Below, piece by piece: positions 36,843 to 46,005 of a DNA stretch of 64,000 nucleotides. Origin of the DNA: Akkermansia muciniphila (lineage in GTDB: Bacteria > Verrucomicrobiota > Verrucomicrobiia > Methylacidiphilales > CAMAQI01); contig CAMCYL010000003.1 in the NCBI GenBank assembly GCA_945883905.1, forward strand, positions 11 to 64,010, given 5' to 3'. Every line of letters starts with the position of its first letter. Positions within the stretch are counted from its first letter, which is position 1. Under the pieces are notes generated by a model. The model did no database searches. It worked only from the letters and a program-made list of their open reading frames with translations, and was not told the origin of the DNA. The translations under genes were made by a program, and so were the position numbers.

Positions 36843-37874
36843 ATGGCAAAAATAATTGATGGAGCACTCGATTTAAAACAGCTTCAAGAGTTTCAAGATC
36901 TTCTTAAAAAAGAGAAGTTACTTTTATTTGAAATTCCAGAGGCCCGTCAGCAACTCCGGCTTTGGCTGTGTTCTTCCGATCAACAAGAGATTAAAAAGAA
37001 AATTTTTTCGATTAAGGGACTCCAACAGCTGGATCAATTGCTTTTAAATCCGGAATCAAAAGCGGTGGAGATTTTAGAGGCCCTTGAAGTCGGAAATGTG
37101 TGGAGCGAGTGTTGGCAAGAGCCGCGTCTTGCGGCGGAAAGAGCGAACGGCAAAGCGGCTAAGGCATGGATGAAGGTTTATCAAAAATCGATTGAGGTAC
37201 GAAACGAAGTCTGTTTGCGGTATGTTAATTTTTCAGGCTGGATTGCGGATCGTTATTGCTCCTCCCTTTTAGATCGTGAGGAACTTCAATCCCAGGCCTT
37301 TATCGGATTGATTCGGGCCTGCGAGCGTTTTGATCCGAGTCGGGGAACCTCGTTTGCGAACTACGCAAAAATATGGATGCGAGATTTTGTCATGTATACC
37401 GTTCGTCGTCAGAGTGTCGTGGCGCCTGGTGCTCAACATTATAAAGAGCTCTCGCGACTGGATAAAATGACCGCAGAACTTTCTGCCAAATTGGGGCGAG
37501 AGCCCTTTCCGGAGGAGATTGCAGATCAATTGGGTTACAGCGTTGAAAAATTAGAAGAGCTTCAAGGATCTTATTTGACGGTGACGTCACTTGATTTGCC
37601 TTTGGATGGGGAGGGGGAGGGGGGAGATACTTTAGAGAGTGTGATTGGATCGGAGGGGGTTGCTCCCTTTGAGCGAATGGAGCGAGAGAAAATCGCCGCT
37701 CGCCTCTCAGAACATTTAAAGGGCCTCACGGCGATGGAGCGTGCGATTTCTGGTTTTCGTTGGACGAACCAGATTGAAAGCGGAATGAAGATTGAGCCGT
37801 TACCTGTCGTCGAAGCGATTCATCGAATGAAAAAATACTCCTTTGATTGTTTCAGAAAAGAGATTGTGGGTTAG
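36843..37874 (+). CDS. Sigma-70-family RNA polymerase sigma factor with novel N-terminal extension
   Basis: Region 2 is AFIGLIRACERFDPSRGTSFANYAKIWMRDFV. Region 3 is LGREPFPEEIADQLGYSVEKLEEL. Region 4.1-like is LTAMERAISGFRW. I prefer ATG 36843 with the GGAGAGGAG Shine-Dalgarno sequence; the ORF-track start 36768 would overlap galK. Confidence 0.8.
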   Translation: MAKIIDGALDLKQLQEFQDLLKKEKLLLFEIPEARQQLRLWLCSSDQQEIKKKIFSIKGLQQLDQLLLNPESKAVEILEALEVGNVWSECWQEPRLAAERANGKAAKAWMKVYQKSIEVRNEVCLRYVNFSGWIADRYCSSLLDREELQSQAFIGLIRACERFDPSRGTSFANYAKIWMRDFVMYTVRRQSVVAPGAQHYKELSRLDKMTAELSAKLGREPFPEEIADQLGYSVEKLEELQGSYLTVTSLDLPLDGEGEGGDTLESVIGSEGVAPFERMEREKIAARLSEHLKGLTAMERAISGFRWTNQIESGMKIEPLPVVEAIHRMKKYSFDCFRKEIVG

Positions 37875-37890
37875 TTTTTTTGAAGGAAAG

Positions 37891-37922
37891 CTTCTCCCCT
37901 TCGCGTTAACGAAGGGGAGAAG
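37891..37922. terminator. Perfect 13-bp stem hairpin between the sigma-factor gene and the rnpB 3' end
   Basis: cttctccccttcg (37891-37903), loop cgttaa, cgaaggggagaag (37910-37922). There is no clean U-tract on either strand. Confidence 0.4.
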
Positions 37923-37944
37923 ATGAATTCAATCGATGAGGATT

Positions 37945-38322
37945 GAAAGGGGAGCGATAAGCCGAATTTTGTCGGCACCTCACTTGCGTGAGATGCGGGC
38001 TGTCATTCCTCTAGGCGACCTGAACCCGAGGTGACCGTTCCTTGCGGAGCGATAGGCAGGCGACCCAGCACCTCTGTTTGGTCTTGCACCCTGTGGGGTT
38101 TCTCGTGCCCCCGCGATTACTCTTGGGGCGGTGGGCTCTTACCCCGCCTTTTCACCCTTACCCCTCGATTACTCGACGGGCGGTTTATTCTCTGTGATAC
38201 TGTCCGTCATCTCCTTCTTTCGAAGGAAATGCCCGTGTTTAACACACGGCGCAGTGCCTTGTGGTGTTCGGACTTTCCTCTTCCTCCCCAAAGGGAGAAA
38301 GCGACAGCCTGCTCCCCTCGTA
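37945..38322 (-). ncRNA. rnpB: RNase P RNA, bacterial type A
   Basis: The minus strand carries three conserved blocks. GAGGAAAGTCCGAACACC is the reverse complement of about 38264-38281. TAAGGGTGAAAAGGCGGGGTAAGAGCCCACC is the reverse complement of about 38131-38161. ACAAAATTCGGCTTATCGC is the reverse complement of about 37955-37973. P1 pairing is GAGGGGAGC (5' end) with GCTCCCCTT (3' end). Ends are accurate to about +/-10 nt. Confidence 0.92.
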
Positions 38323-38501
38323 TTCTCTCTCCGTTCATGATTGAGCTCAAGTGTAAAAATTTTCTTTAGAATTGAATTCACGATTGATCGAGCTAGATTC
38401 GGGCGATGGTTCATCGTCATCTCGATCATCAGAATTTTACTTTGGCGGCGATAGAAGACCTGATTTCTCGAGGAAAAATGTCAGTGAAAAAGTAAGGATT
38501 C

Positions 38502-40733
38502 ATGGAGATTTGTCATTCTTTCGCTCGAATTGTTCCTGAGCTTTCACTGGATCGTGCTTTCGACTATTCGATTCCCGATTTTTTGATCGGAACGGTCAAG
38601 GTGGGGTCGAAAGTGAAGGTTCCTTTTGGAAATCGTACTTTGGTTGGTTATGTTTTGGAGCTGAGAGATCGAGCGGAGGTTGAGAAGACGAAATCGATTT
38701 TGGAGGTCATGGGAGAGGGTCCTTTTTTGCCCTCTGCCCTTTTAGAAATGGCGCAGTGGATGAAGCATTATTATTGTGCCTCTCTAGGCTCAGTCATGAT
38801 GACCTTGATGCCGAAATCAGTTCGTCATGCCGATGCGAAATTTAAGGAACGTCTTTGGATTGCGAAGGTTGAAGGGATTCCCGCGAAGACCGTCGCTCAA
38901 GAGATTCAACGCGCCACAAAGCAGCGCGAAGCATGGGAATTTCTTCAATTAAAATCTGAGGGATGGTTGAGTGATTTTACAAAAGAGGCTGGAATCTCGG
39001 CCGCAACATGGAGGGCGTTGGAGGATCGTGGATTTATCACGATTCATTCGAAGACCGAGGAACGGTTGCCATGGATGGAGATGCCAACACAGCCCTTTTT
39101 GCCATTGGTGCTTCATCCCGAGCAACAACAGGCTCTCGACATGATTTTAAAGGAGATGCAGGAGCTGCAACCGAAGCCGATTTTAATTCATGGAATTACG
39201 GGAAGTGGAAAAACAGAGGTTTATCTCCAGGCGATTCATGAGGTGATTCGATTGGGAAAGCGAGCGATTGTTTTGGTTCCTGAGATCTCTTTAACTCCTC
39301 AAACAATGGAGCGATTTCATGGGCGGTTTTTAGGAGAGAAAGTTCGAATCGCGGTATTACATAGTCATCTCTCCGATGGAGAGCGTCATGATCAATGGCA
39401 TCAAATTCGAGAGGGTCGGGCGCAAATTGTAATTGGGGCTCGATCGGCAATCTTTGCGCCGATGCCGGACTTGGGATTAATCGTCGTCGATGAGGAGCAT
39501 GAGAGTTCTTATAAACAAGAGGAAAACCCTCACTATCATGCTCGCGATTTAGCCGTTTTACGCGGACATCTTGAGAAAATTCCTGTGGTTCTGGGCTCGG
39601 CGACTCCTTCTTTGGAATCGATGTTAAGAGTCGAGGAGGGGAAGTATTTAAAGATTCGACTCAATCGTCGTGCCGGGGCAGAGAGTTTGCCGGTGATTCA
39701 TCTGGTCGATCTAAAAAAAGATTTTGGCAAGAAAGGCAAAAAACAGTCGATGCTTTCTGACACCTTGATCGCGGCGGTGCAGGCTCGTTTAGATCGCGGG
39801 GAACAGTCTCTCTTATTTTTAAACCGCAGAGGTTACTCCTCCTCGATTCAATGCCCTCAATGTGGAGTGGTTCAAGAGTGTAACCATTGTTCGGTCTCCT
39901 TGACTTATCATCGCAATAAAAATCGGCTTCAATGTCATTTGTGTGGGGAGGGCAAGGGAATGCCGAGAAGTTGTCCAAGTTGTGGATTTGATGATTATGC
40001 TCAATCGAGACATGGCACGGAGAAGATCGAAGAGGTCGTGGCCGCCGCATTTCCGAAGGCGAGAATTTGTCGAATTGATTCCGATACGATGAATACAAAA
40101 CATGCCTTGCATCATGCCTTGAAAGCGGTCAGCGATCGGGAGGTTGATATTTTGATCGGAACGCAAATGATTACGAAGGGACTTCATTTTCCATGGGTGA
40201 CCTGTGTGGGGGTGATTGATTCCGATTTGGCGTTACAGATCCCCGACTATCGATCGAGTGAACGGGTTTTTCAGACCTTGATGCAGGTGGCAGGGAGGTC
40301 GGGACGGAGTGATTTGCCAGGGGAGGTTTATATTCAAACCAAGATGCCTTTTCATCCGGCGATTCAGTTTGCTCGCCATCATGATATCGATGGATTTTAT
40401 GAGCAGGAGTTAGAATTTCGAAGAACGGTTGGATTTCCTCCCTATTGTCGATCGATCTTAATTGAGTGGAAGGGAAAACATGAAGAGCTGAGTCAACGGG
40501 TTTCAGATCTTCAATCGGAGGAGATTCGCAAGGCAGTGGCTCCTTATGGAGAGGCCGGTTTTGTTTCTCCAGCACCACTTCATAAAGTGAAGGATCTTTA
40601 CCGGTTTCATCTTTTTATTAAATCGAGAGATCATTTTGCAATGGTGAATGTGTTGCGTCCCTTGTTAGAGCGTTTTCAAAAGAGTAAAGAGGTCCAGATC
40701 AAGATTGATGTCGATCCGTATCATTTAACGTAA
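38502..40733 (+). CDS. priA: Primosomal protein N' (replication restart helicase PriA)
   Basis: 743 aa with Walker A GITGSGKTEVY, DEEH box VVDEEHE, and the Cys-rich zinc region CPQCG...CNHC...CHLCG...CPSCG. Confidence 0.95.
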   Translation: MEICHSFARIVPELSLDRAFDYSIPDFLIGTVKVGSKVKVPFGNRTLVGYVLELRDRAEVEKTKSILEVMGEGPFLPSALLEMAQWMKHYYCASLGSVMMTLMPKSVRHADAKFKERLWIAKVEGIPAKTVAQEIQRATKQREAWEFLQLKSEGWLSDFTKEAGISAATWRALEDRGFITIHSKTEERLPWMEMPTQPFLPLVLHPEQQQALDMILKEMQELQPKPILIHGITGSGKTEVYLQAIHEVIRLGKRAIVLVPEISLTPQTMERFHGRFLGEKVRIAVLHSHLSDGERHDQWHQIREGRAQIVIGARSAIFAPMPDLGLIVVDEEHESSYKQEENPHYHARDLAVLRGHLEKIPVVLGSATPSLESMLRVEEGKYLKIRLNRRAGAESLPVIHLVDLKKDFGKKGKKQSMLSDTLIAAVQARLDRGEQSLLFLNRRGYSSSIQCPQCGVVQECNHCSVSLTYHRNKNRLQCHLCGEGKGMPRSCPSCGFDDYAQSRHGTEKIEEVVAAAFPKARICRIDSDTMNTKHALHHALKAVSDREVDILIGTQMITKGLHFPWVTCVGVIDSDLALQIPDYRSSERVFQTLMQVAGRSGRSDLPGEVYIQTKMPFHPAIQFARHHDIDGFYEQELEFRRTVGFPPYCRSILIEWKGKHEELSQRVSDLQSEEIRKAVAPYGEAGFVSPAPLHKVKDLYRFHLFIKSRDHFAMVNVLRPLLERFQKSKEVQIKIDVDPYHLT

Positions 40734-40746
40734 AGAAGCGGGAGCG

Positions 40747-41727
40747 CTAAAGATCGACGATTCCACTTAAAATAGAGTGAATTTTGCCGTGATCGTCGCG
40801 GAGGAGGAGAGTGCCATTGGATTCGAGGTCGAGGGCGGTTCCTTGAATCGGTCCTTGTGCCGTATTTACGAGGATCGATTGACCGAGGTTGAGGCATTTC
40901 AATTTCCAGAGTTCGATCATTTCGTTGAACGGTCGAGAGAGGTTTTTTTGAAAGGTTTGAATCCAATCGACTAAGAAATCGGCACGACGAATGATTTGGT
41001 TCGATTCGATGAGAAGCGAACTTGCTTTGGTCTGAAGTTCTTCTGGGAAATCCGTGGATTGATGGGTCAGGTTAATACCAAGACCGAGAATTGCGAAGGG
41101 GTTCTGGAATTGATCGAGATGGGATTCGGTGAGAATGCCAGCAAGTTTCCGTTTTTCGATCATGAGATCGTTCGGCCATTTGATTTGAAGGTCAAGATGA
41201 GTGAGTCGCTCCGCCGTTTGCAAAGTGGAAACGGCGGCGATAATCGTGAGTCGCGAGTAGGAATCAACTGGGAAATCGGGACGGAGAAGGAGGGAGAGAT
41301 AGAGTCCGAGTTCGGGACGGCTACTCCAGATTCGTCCGTGGCGTCCACGTCCTGCGGTTTGAGTGTTTGCGATCACGAGTGTTCCATGAGGAGCTCCTTG
41401 AAGCCCCTCTCGTTTGATGAAATCCATCGTTGATTGTGTTTCGTTGAGATGAAAGAGAGACCAAGTGAAGTCAAGGGGAAGCTGCGTGCGAACTTCGTCG
41501 AGATGGAGTGAGAAGGAGCGTTGGAGAAGACGAATTCCATGAGTCGGATGCGTTTCGATGGAGTAACCCCATGTGGTGAGTGTTTGGAGTAGAGCGCTGA
41601 GGGTGGATTCCGGGCAAGAGAGTTTTTGGAGGAGATAAGTTCGGGATAGGAAATCGGAGGGGGTCTGGAAAAGAAGGCGGAGAAGCGGGGCTTCTTTTGC
41701 TGCGTGGGAAGGGAAGGGGGAGTTCAT
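40747..41727 (-). CDS. birA: Bifunctional biotin--[acetyl-CoA-carboxylase] ligase / repressor-type BirA
   Basis: 326 aa with an N-terminal wHTH-like region and the biotin-ligase motif TAGRGRHGRIWSS, plus KWPNDL. Confidence 0.88.
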   Translation of the reverse strand: MNSPFPSHAAKEAPLLRLLFQTPSDFLSRTYLLQKLSCPESTLSALLQTLTTWGYSIETHPTHGIRLLQRSFSLHLDEVRTQLPLDFTWSLFHLNETQSTMDFIKREGLQGAPHGTLVIANTQTAGRGRHGRIWSSRPELGLYLSLLLRPDFPVDSYSRLTIIAAVSTLQTAERLTHLDLQIKWPNDLMIEKRKLAGILTESHLDQFQNPFAILGLGINLTHQSTDFPEELQTKASSLLIESNQIIRRADFLVDWIQTFQKNLSRPFNEMIELWKLKCLNLGQSILVNTAQGPIQGTALDLESNGTLLLRDDHGKIHSILSGIVDL

Positions 41728-41811
41728 GGGTCAAATGGATTGATGGGGATCTTTTAAGAAGGCCAGAATGCTTGAAAAATAGCTTTGATACAAAGAATTT
41801 AACCCAGTTCT

Positions 41812-41892
41812 TGCATTAGGAATTAAAAAATGGAGCGCCGGCGGCTCGACGGCATGGGCGAAGGGGGGCATTTTAATCTTTTCTTCCTCGAG
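41812..41892. repeat. Family-2 element, partial copy (one terminal inverted repeat plus about 36 bp)
   Basis: tgcattaggaattaaaaaatggagcgccggcggctcgacggcatgg matches 4445-4491. The following gcgaaggggggcattttaatcttttcttcctc matches the reverse complement of 4764-4797. Confidence 0.8.
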
Positions 41893-41945
41893 CTTTGTGA
41901 GCGTTGTTCGGTTGCGAGAAATAGTATTGAGAGAGAGAATGATCC

Positions 41946-43013
41946 TCAGATGAGATCGGGAGGGAGTTGGGGGTGGAGTTTTTTAATCTCTTGAACTTTG
42001 TCTCGGTGACAGACGAGGATGGCGTCGGGGGTTTCAACGACGACGAGGTTATCGACTCCACAAAGGGCAACGGAGCGGGAGGAGGAGTGAACAATATTGG
42101 AGTGTGAGTCGATGGAGTAGACCTTTCCTAAAAAAAGATTTTTGTCGGAATCGGAACCGAGGTGATCTTGGACCGCATTCCAAGAGCCGACGTCATCCCA
42201 GTCAAAGGCGGTTTTGGCGGCGATTACGCGGCGTGCTTTTTCCATGATGGCGTAGTCGATCGAGATTTTAGGGAGTTTAACAAAGCGGGTTTCGAGGTAG
42301 GACTCCGGATTTTGAAGGGGGTATTCGCGAATGAAAGTGGCAAACTCAGGAACGAGGCGCATTGATTCTTGCAGGTAGGTTTCGGCCTTCCAGAGGAAGA
42401 TGCCGGCGTTCCAACCGTGTTTTCCGGATTCGAGATATTGTTTCGCCGTGGCAGGATCCGGCTTTTCGATAAAACGAGCGACCTCCACAAAAGGGGTTTT
42501 TTCTTTGCCTGCGGAGTGGGCGGTACCGTACTCAAGATAACCGAAGCCGGTGGAGGCGTAGCGGGGAGGAATTGCGAAAGTGATGAAGGCCTCTTCGGTG
42601 TCGAGGAGTTGGAGACTATCTTGCAGATGTTTGCGAAAAGTGGGAACCCCTTGAATGAGGGCATCGGAAGGGAAGAGACCGATCCGAGCGTTGGGGTTGC
42701 GTTGATAGGCGATGGCGGTGGCGAGTGCGGTGGCGGGACCGGTATCCCGTTTTGCCGGTTCGATGACGATTTGGGATTCGGGGAAATGAGGGACGGCGAG
42801 CTTAAGCTCTTCGAGTTGCGTTTTATTGGTGAGAATGAAGAGGTTTTCAGGAGGAATGAGATCGGTGAAGCGAGCAAGGGTCTCTTCGAGGAGCGTTTTT
42901 TTGGAGAAGAGACGGAGCAGATGCTTCGGTTTCCGTTGGCGGCTCAAGGGCCAGAAACGTTCACCACTTCCTCCAGCCATAATAAAGATAAAGGTATCGT
43001 TGAAAAGAGACAT
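41946..43013 (-). CDS. manC: Mannose-1-phosphate guanylyltransferase
   Basis: 355 aa with the nucleotidyltransferase N-terminus IMAGGSGERFWPLSRQRKPKHLL and FIEKPD. Confidence 0.88.
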   Translation of the reverse strand: MSLFNDTFIFIMAGGSGERFWPLSRQRKPKHLLRLFSKKTLLEETLARFTDLIPPENLFILTNKTQLEELKLAVPHFPESQIVIEPAKRDTGPATALATAIAYQRNPNARIGLFPSDALIQGVPTFRKHLQDSLQLLDTEEAFITFAIPPRYASTGFGYLEYGTAHSAGKEKTPFVEVARFIEKPDPATAKQYLESGKHGWNAGIFLWKAETYLQESMRLVPEFATFIREYPLQNPESYLETRFVKLPKISIDYAIMEKARRVIAAKTAFDWDDVGSWNAVQDHLGSDSDKNLFLGKVYSIDSHSNIVHSSSRSVALCGVDNLVVVETPDAILVCHRDKVQEIKKLHPQLPPDLI

Positions 43014-43058
43014 CCCCCCATTGATAAAATATTGTAAGCAAAATGCACGAAATTTCTA

Positions 43059-44114
43059 GTGGAGGAATTTTGGATTGCTGCTTATTTGAGAGTTATGAAT
43101 CATTGGCAGAATTTGAAGGGATTGAATCTTTATGCGCGAATTTGTGTTGGGAGTGTGATTTTTTTAATCGTTCTGGGGGCGATTGTGACCAGTAAAGGAG
43201 CGGGATTGACCGTACCGGATTGGCCGCAGAGCTATGGGTATAATATGTTTTTATTTCCCTATGAACGATGGGTTGGCGGGGTCTTTTGGGAGCATTCCCA
43301 TCGGCTTGTAGCGAGTGGAATTGGATTGATGACCGTGATTTTGGCGATTTGGATTTGGAGAGTTGATCCGCGTCGATGGATGAAAGGGTTTGGTATTTTT
43401 GCGGTTTTACTCGTCATTTTTCAAGGGATTTTAGGGGGAGTGCGTGTGGTTTGGTTGAAGGATGAATTAGGGCTCGTGCACGGTTGCACGGCGCAGTTGT
43501 TTTTGGCGGTGATTGGATTGATTGCTCTTTTTACCTCTAAAATTTGGATTGAGCGGACGGCATGTCCGGCCTTATCGAAGGGTTCTGTTCGTTTCGTCGG
43601 GTTGGTGGTGGTATTGATTTTTATTCAATTGACGATGGGAGCGACGATGCGTCATGAGCATAAAGGGCTTTCGATCCCCGATTTTCCGAAGGCCTATGGG
43701 CAGTGGTGGCCGAGAATTTCCCCTGAGCAATTGAGCGTGATTAATCAGGAGCGTTTGGCGAGTGGACATCCGGAAACCACCTTAATGTTAATTCATCTTC
43801 AGATGGGACATCGAATGATGGCCTATTTGTTAACCGTTTTAATGATCGGGATTGTTTTGAAATGGGGGAGGAATTTAGGAATTCCTCCGATTTTGAAAAA
43901 GGGAATTTTGCTTTGGGGCACGGGCGTGGGAATTCAGGTGATTTTGGGGATTTTGACCATTTGGACCGATCGAGGTTTAGAAGTGACCTCTGCCCATGTG
44001 GCGATGGGGGCTTGGACCTTATTATTGGGAGTTTTGATTCTCGTTTATTCAGGCGCGATTACGGGGATGTGGGGAACAGTTGAAGAAAATAAAAAGGCTT
44101 TTGAGAGGGATTAA
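43059..44114 (+). CDS. ctaA: Heme A synthase (COX15/CtaA family)
   Basis: 351 aa, about 8 TM helices, with DWPQSYGYNMFLFP and the conserved His motifs EHSHRL, MRHEH and HLQMGHR. GTG start. Confidence 0.8.
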   Translation: MEEFWIAAYLRVMNHWQNLKGLNLYARICVGSVIFLIVLGAIVTSKGAGLTVPDWPQSYGYNMFLFPYERWVGGVFWEHSHRLVASGIGLMTVILAIWIWRVDPRRWMKGFGIFAVLLVIFQGILGGVRVVWLKDELGLVHGCTAQLFLAVIGLIALFTSKIWIERTACPALSKGSVRFVGLVVVLIFIQLTMGATMRHEHKGLSIPDFPKAYGQWWPRISPEQLSVINQERLASGHPETTLMLIHLQMGHRMMAYLLTVLMIGIVLKWGRNLGIPPILKKGILLWGTGVGIQVILGILTIWTDRGLEVTSAHVAMGAWTLLLGVLILVYSGAITGMWGTVEENKKAFERD

Positions 44115-44179
44115 ATTGATTTTAAGGGTTTTTTTGAATGAATTGCAAAAAAAAAATTATCGATTAAGGTAAACCTAAG

Positions 44180-44392
44180 ATGTCCGAAATTATTTTTGAA
44201 ATTAAAGAAGATGAGATTGAGGGGGGGTATGTGGCGACCGCCCTTGGATACGGGATTCATACTCAATCAGACAATCTTCAAGAGCTTCGGAAAAACGTTA
44301 GAGAGGCGGTTGACTGTTATTTTGATGATCACGTTGTTTCCCCGCAAGTAATTCGTTTACATTTTGTTAAAGACGAAGTCTTTGCTCGATGA
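44180..44392 (+). CDS. hicB: HicB-family antitoxin (short form)
   Basis: 70 aa. EDEIEGGYVATALGYGIHTQSDNLQELRKNVREAVDCYFDD is a HicB-like RNase H-fold N-domain. There is a 4-nt overlap with hicA. Confidence 0.7.
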   Translation: MSEIIFEIKEDEIEGGYVATALGYGIHTQSDNLQELRKNVREAVDCYFDDHVVSPQVIRLHFVKDEVFAR

Positions 44393-44631
44393 AAATTCCC
44401 AGAAGTGTTAATGGTTCAGAACTTGTTAAATCCCTTAAGGTTCTAGGCTATTACGTTTCAAGACAAAAGGGTTCACACATTCGAATCACAACTCAATTAG
44501 ATGGGGAGAATCATGAGGTTATTCCACATCATAGTCCGATTAAAATAGGAACTCTTTCGAGTATTCTTAAAAGTGTTGCGATGCATCATAATATTTCTGT
44601 TGATGAATTAATTGAAAAACTAGAGATTTGA
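44389..44631 (+). CDS. hicA: HicA-family mRNA interferase toxin
   Basis: 80 aa. SELVKSLKVLGYYVSRQKGSHIRIT...HEVIPHHSPIKIGTLSSILK is HicA/YcfA-like, with a conserved His in KGSH. Confidence 0.8.
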   Translation: MKIPRSVNGSELVKSLKVLGYYVSRQKGSHIRITTQLDGENHEVIPHHSPIKIGTLSSILKSVAMHHNISVDELIEKLEI

Positions 44632-44738
44632 GCCCTTTTTTAATAGGGGCATTTGAGGGGATTTTGAATTATTTTTTTATTTTGAAGGATTTCAAAAAAC
44701 TCCGTGCTTCTGGGGGTGAGCGGTGATATCTCTTAGGG

Positions 44739-45620
44739 ATGACCGAGGAACAGTTTATTGAGTCGCTCACGACAGGATGGAAAACGAAGAATGCGCAATT
44801 AGTAGGAGTGGGAGATGATTGTGCGGTGGTGAGAGCTTCCGGATCTGGTTTCGGCTCTGCATTGCTTTTAAAAGCAGATGCGGTCGTAGAGGGGGTTCAT
44901 TTTTTAAGGACGGCGGATCCGATGTTGATTGGACGAAAAGCCTTAGCACGAGCGGTGAGTGATGTGGCTGCGATGGGGGGGGTGCCGCGGTATGCCTTAG
45001 TGACGTTAGGGTTGCCGAGTGGATTTCAGCCGGTTCGAATCCAAAAAATTTATAAAGGGATCACGGCCTTAGCGAAGGAGTGGAAAATTGAACTTCTTGG
45101 AGGGGAGACCACACGGACAAGGGATTTAGTTCTTTCGATTTCTTTGGTGGGCGAATGTTCCGGATATGATCCGGTTTTGAGGTCGACGGCGAAAGAGGGG
45201 GATGAGATTTGGGTGTCGGGGTTCCTCGGAAATACCCAGACGGTGAAGCATTTTACATTCGAGCCACGAGTGCGTGAGGGGAAATGGTTGGCAGAGAAAA
45301 AGATCGCCTCCTCGATGATGGATTTGAGCGATGGATTGGGCCTCGATCTCCCGCGATTGGCAAGAGCTTCGGGTCTTTCCTTTGAATTGGCCTTAGATCA
45401 GATTCCGTGTGCCAAGGGGGCCACGTTGAAGCAGGCCTTTCGGGAGGGAGAGGATTATGAGTTGTTGTGGACGGTATCTCCGGAGAAGAAGGAGTGGAGA
45501 AAAAAATTTCCTTTTGCGACCAAGATCCAAAAAATTGGGGTCATGAAAAAGAGATCTTTTAAGATCGCTGAATCGGTGAAAGAGTTATTGCATGGATACG
45601 ATCATTTGCAGAAGCGTTGA
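44739..45620 (+). CDS. thiL: Thiamine-monophosphate kinase
   Basis: 293 aa with the AIR-synthase-related fold motifs VGDDCAVV, SDVAAMGG and GGETT. Confidence 0.85.
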   Translation: MTEEQFIESLTTGWKTKNAQLVGVGDDCAVVRASGSGFGSALLLKADAVVEGVHFLRTADPMLIGRKALARAVSDVAAMGGVPRYALVTLGLPSGFQPVRIQKIYKGITALAKEWKIELLGGETTRTRDLVLSISLVGECSGYDPVLRSTAKEGDEIWVSGFLGNTQTVKHFTFEPRVREGKWLAEKKIASSMMDLSDGLGLDLPRLARASGLSFELALDQIPCAKGATLKQAFREGEDYELLWTVSPEKKEWRKKFPFATKIQKIGVMKKRSFKIAESVKELLHGYDHLQKR

Positions 45621-46005
45621 GGAGACGATCCAATGGGGGGCAGAGCAGATGGCCCCTCGATTATTTCAAGGAGCAGTGATTGCATTAACGGGAGATTTGG
45701 GAGCAGGAAAAACGCATTTAGTGAAGGGAATCGCAAGAGGGTTGGGATATGAGGGAGAGGTGACGAGTCCGACTTTTACCTTATTGCACGAATATTTAGG
45801 GGGCCGATTACCGTTGTATCATTTGGATTTATATCGAATTCAGGGGGCTCAGGAGGCGGTCCGATTTGGCGTGGAGGATTATCTTCCCTCAGAGGGAGTG
45901 ACGATCTTGGAGTGGCCTGAAAGAATCGAGTCTTTGCTTCCGGTACAGACCCAGTGGTGGAGAATTCAGATTTTGGAGGATCAATCACGGGAGATTAGGA
46001 TTTGA
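45592..46005 (+). CDS. tsaE: tRNA threonylcarbamoyladenosine biosynthesis ATPase TsaE
   Basis: 137 aa with LTGDLGAGKTHLVKGIARGLG, TSPTFTLLHEY and HLDLYRI. Confidence 0.9.
   Translation: MDTIICRSVEETIQWGAEQMAPRLFQGAVIALTGDLGAGKTHLVKGIARGLGYEGEVTSPTFTLLHEYLGGRLPLYHLDLYRIQGAQEAVRFGVEDYLPSEGVTILEWPERIESLLPVQTQWWRIQILEDQSREIRI

Noticed and set aside
38031-38429. ORFs of 112, 69 and 86 aa in the 37.9-38.5 kb gap.
   Set aside because: The region is RNase P RNA on the minus strand, with conserved GAGGAAAGTCCG, GGGTGAAAAGG.GGGTAAGAGC.CACC and ACAAAATTCGGCTTATCG blocks. The ORFs are by-products.
42369-43037. Long antisense ORFs, such as the 222 aa opposite manC, the 217 aa frame at 42224-42877, the 226 aa at 279-959, and many others opposite sdhA, murC/B, priA and ftsH.
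   Set aside because: Each lies fully within a gene that has strong family motifs on the other strand or frame. Their composition is low-complexity and Arg/Ser/Pro-rich, typical of antisense frames.
44632-44738. Possible TPP riboswitch upstream of thiL (ggggtgagcggtga...).
   Set aside because: The conserved CTGAGA and ACCTGATCTGGATAATGCCAGCG-type elements are absent, and thiL is not a typical THI-box target.
45032-45042. GGTTCGAATCC, the canonical tRNA T-arm sequence.
   Set aside because: It lies inside the well-supported thiL reading frame with no acceptor or anticodon stem context. It is a coincidence.
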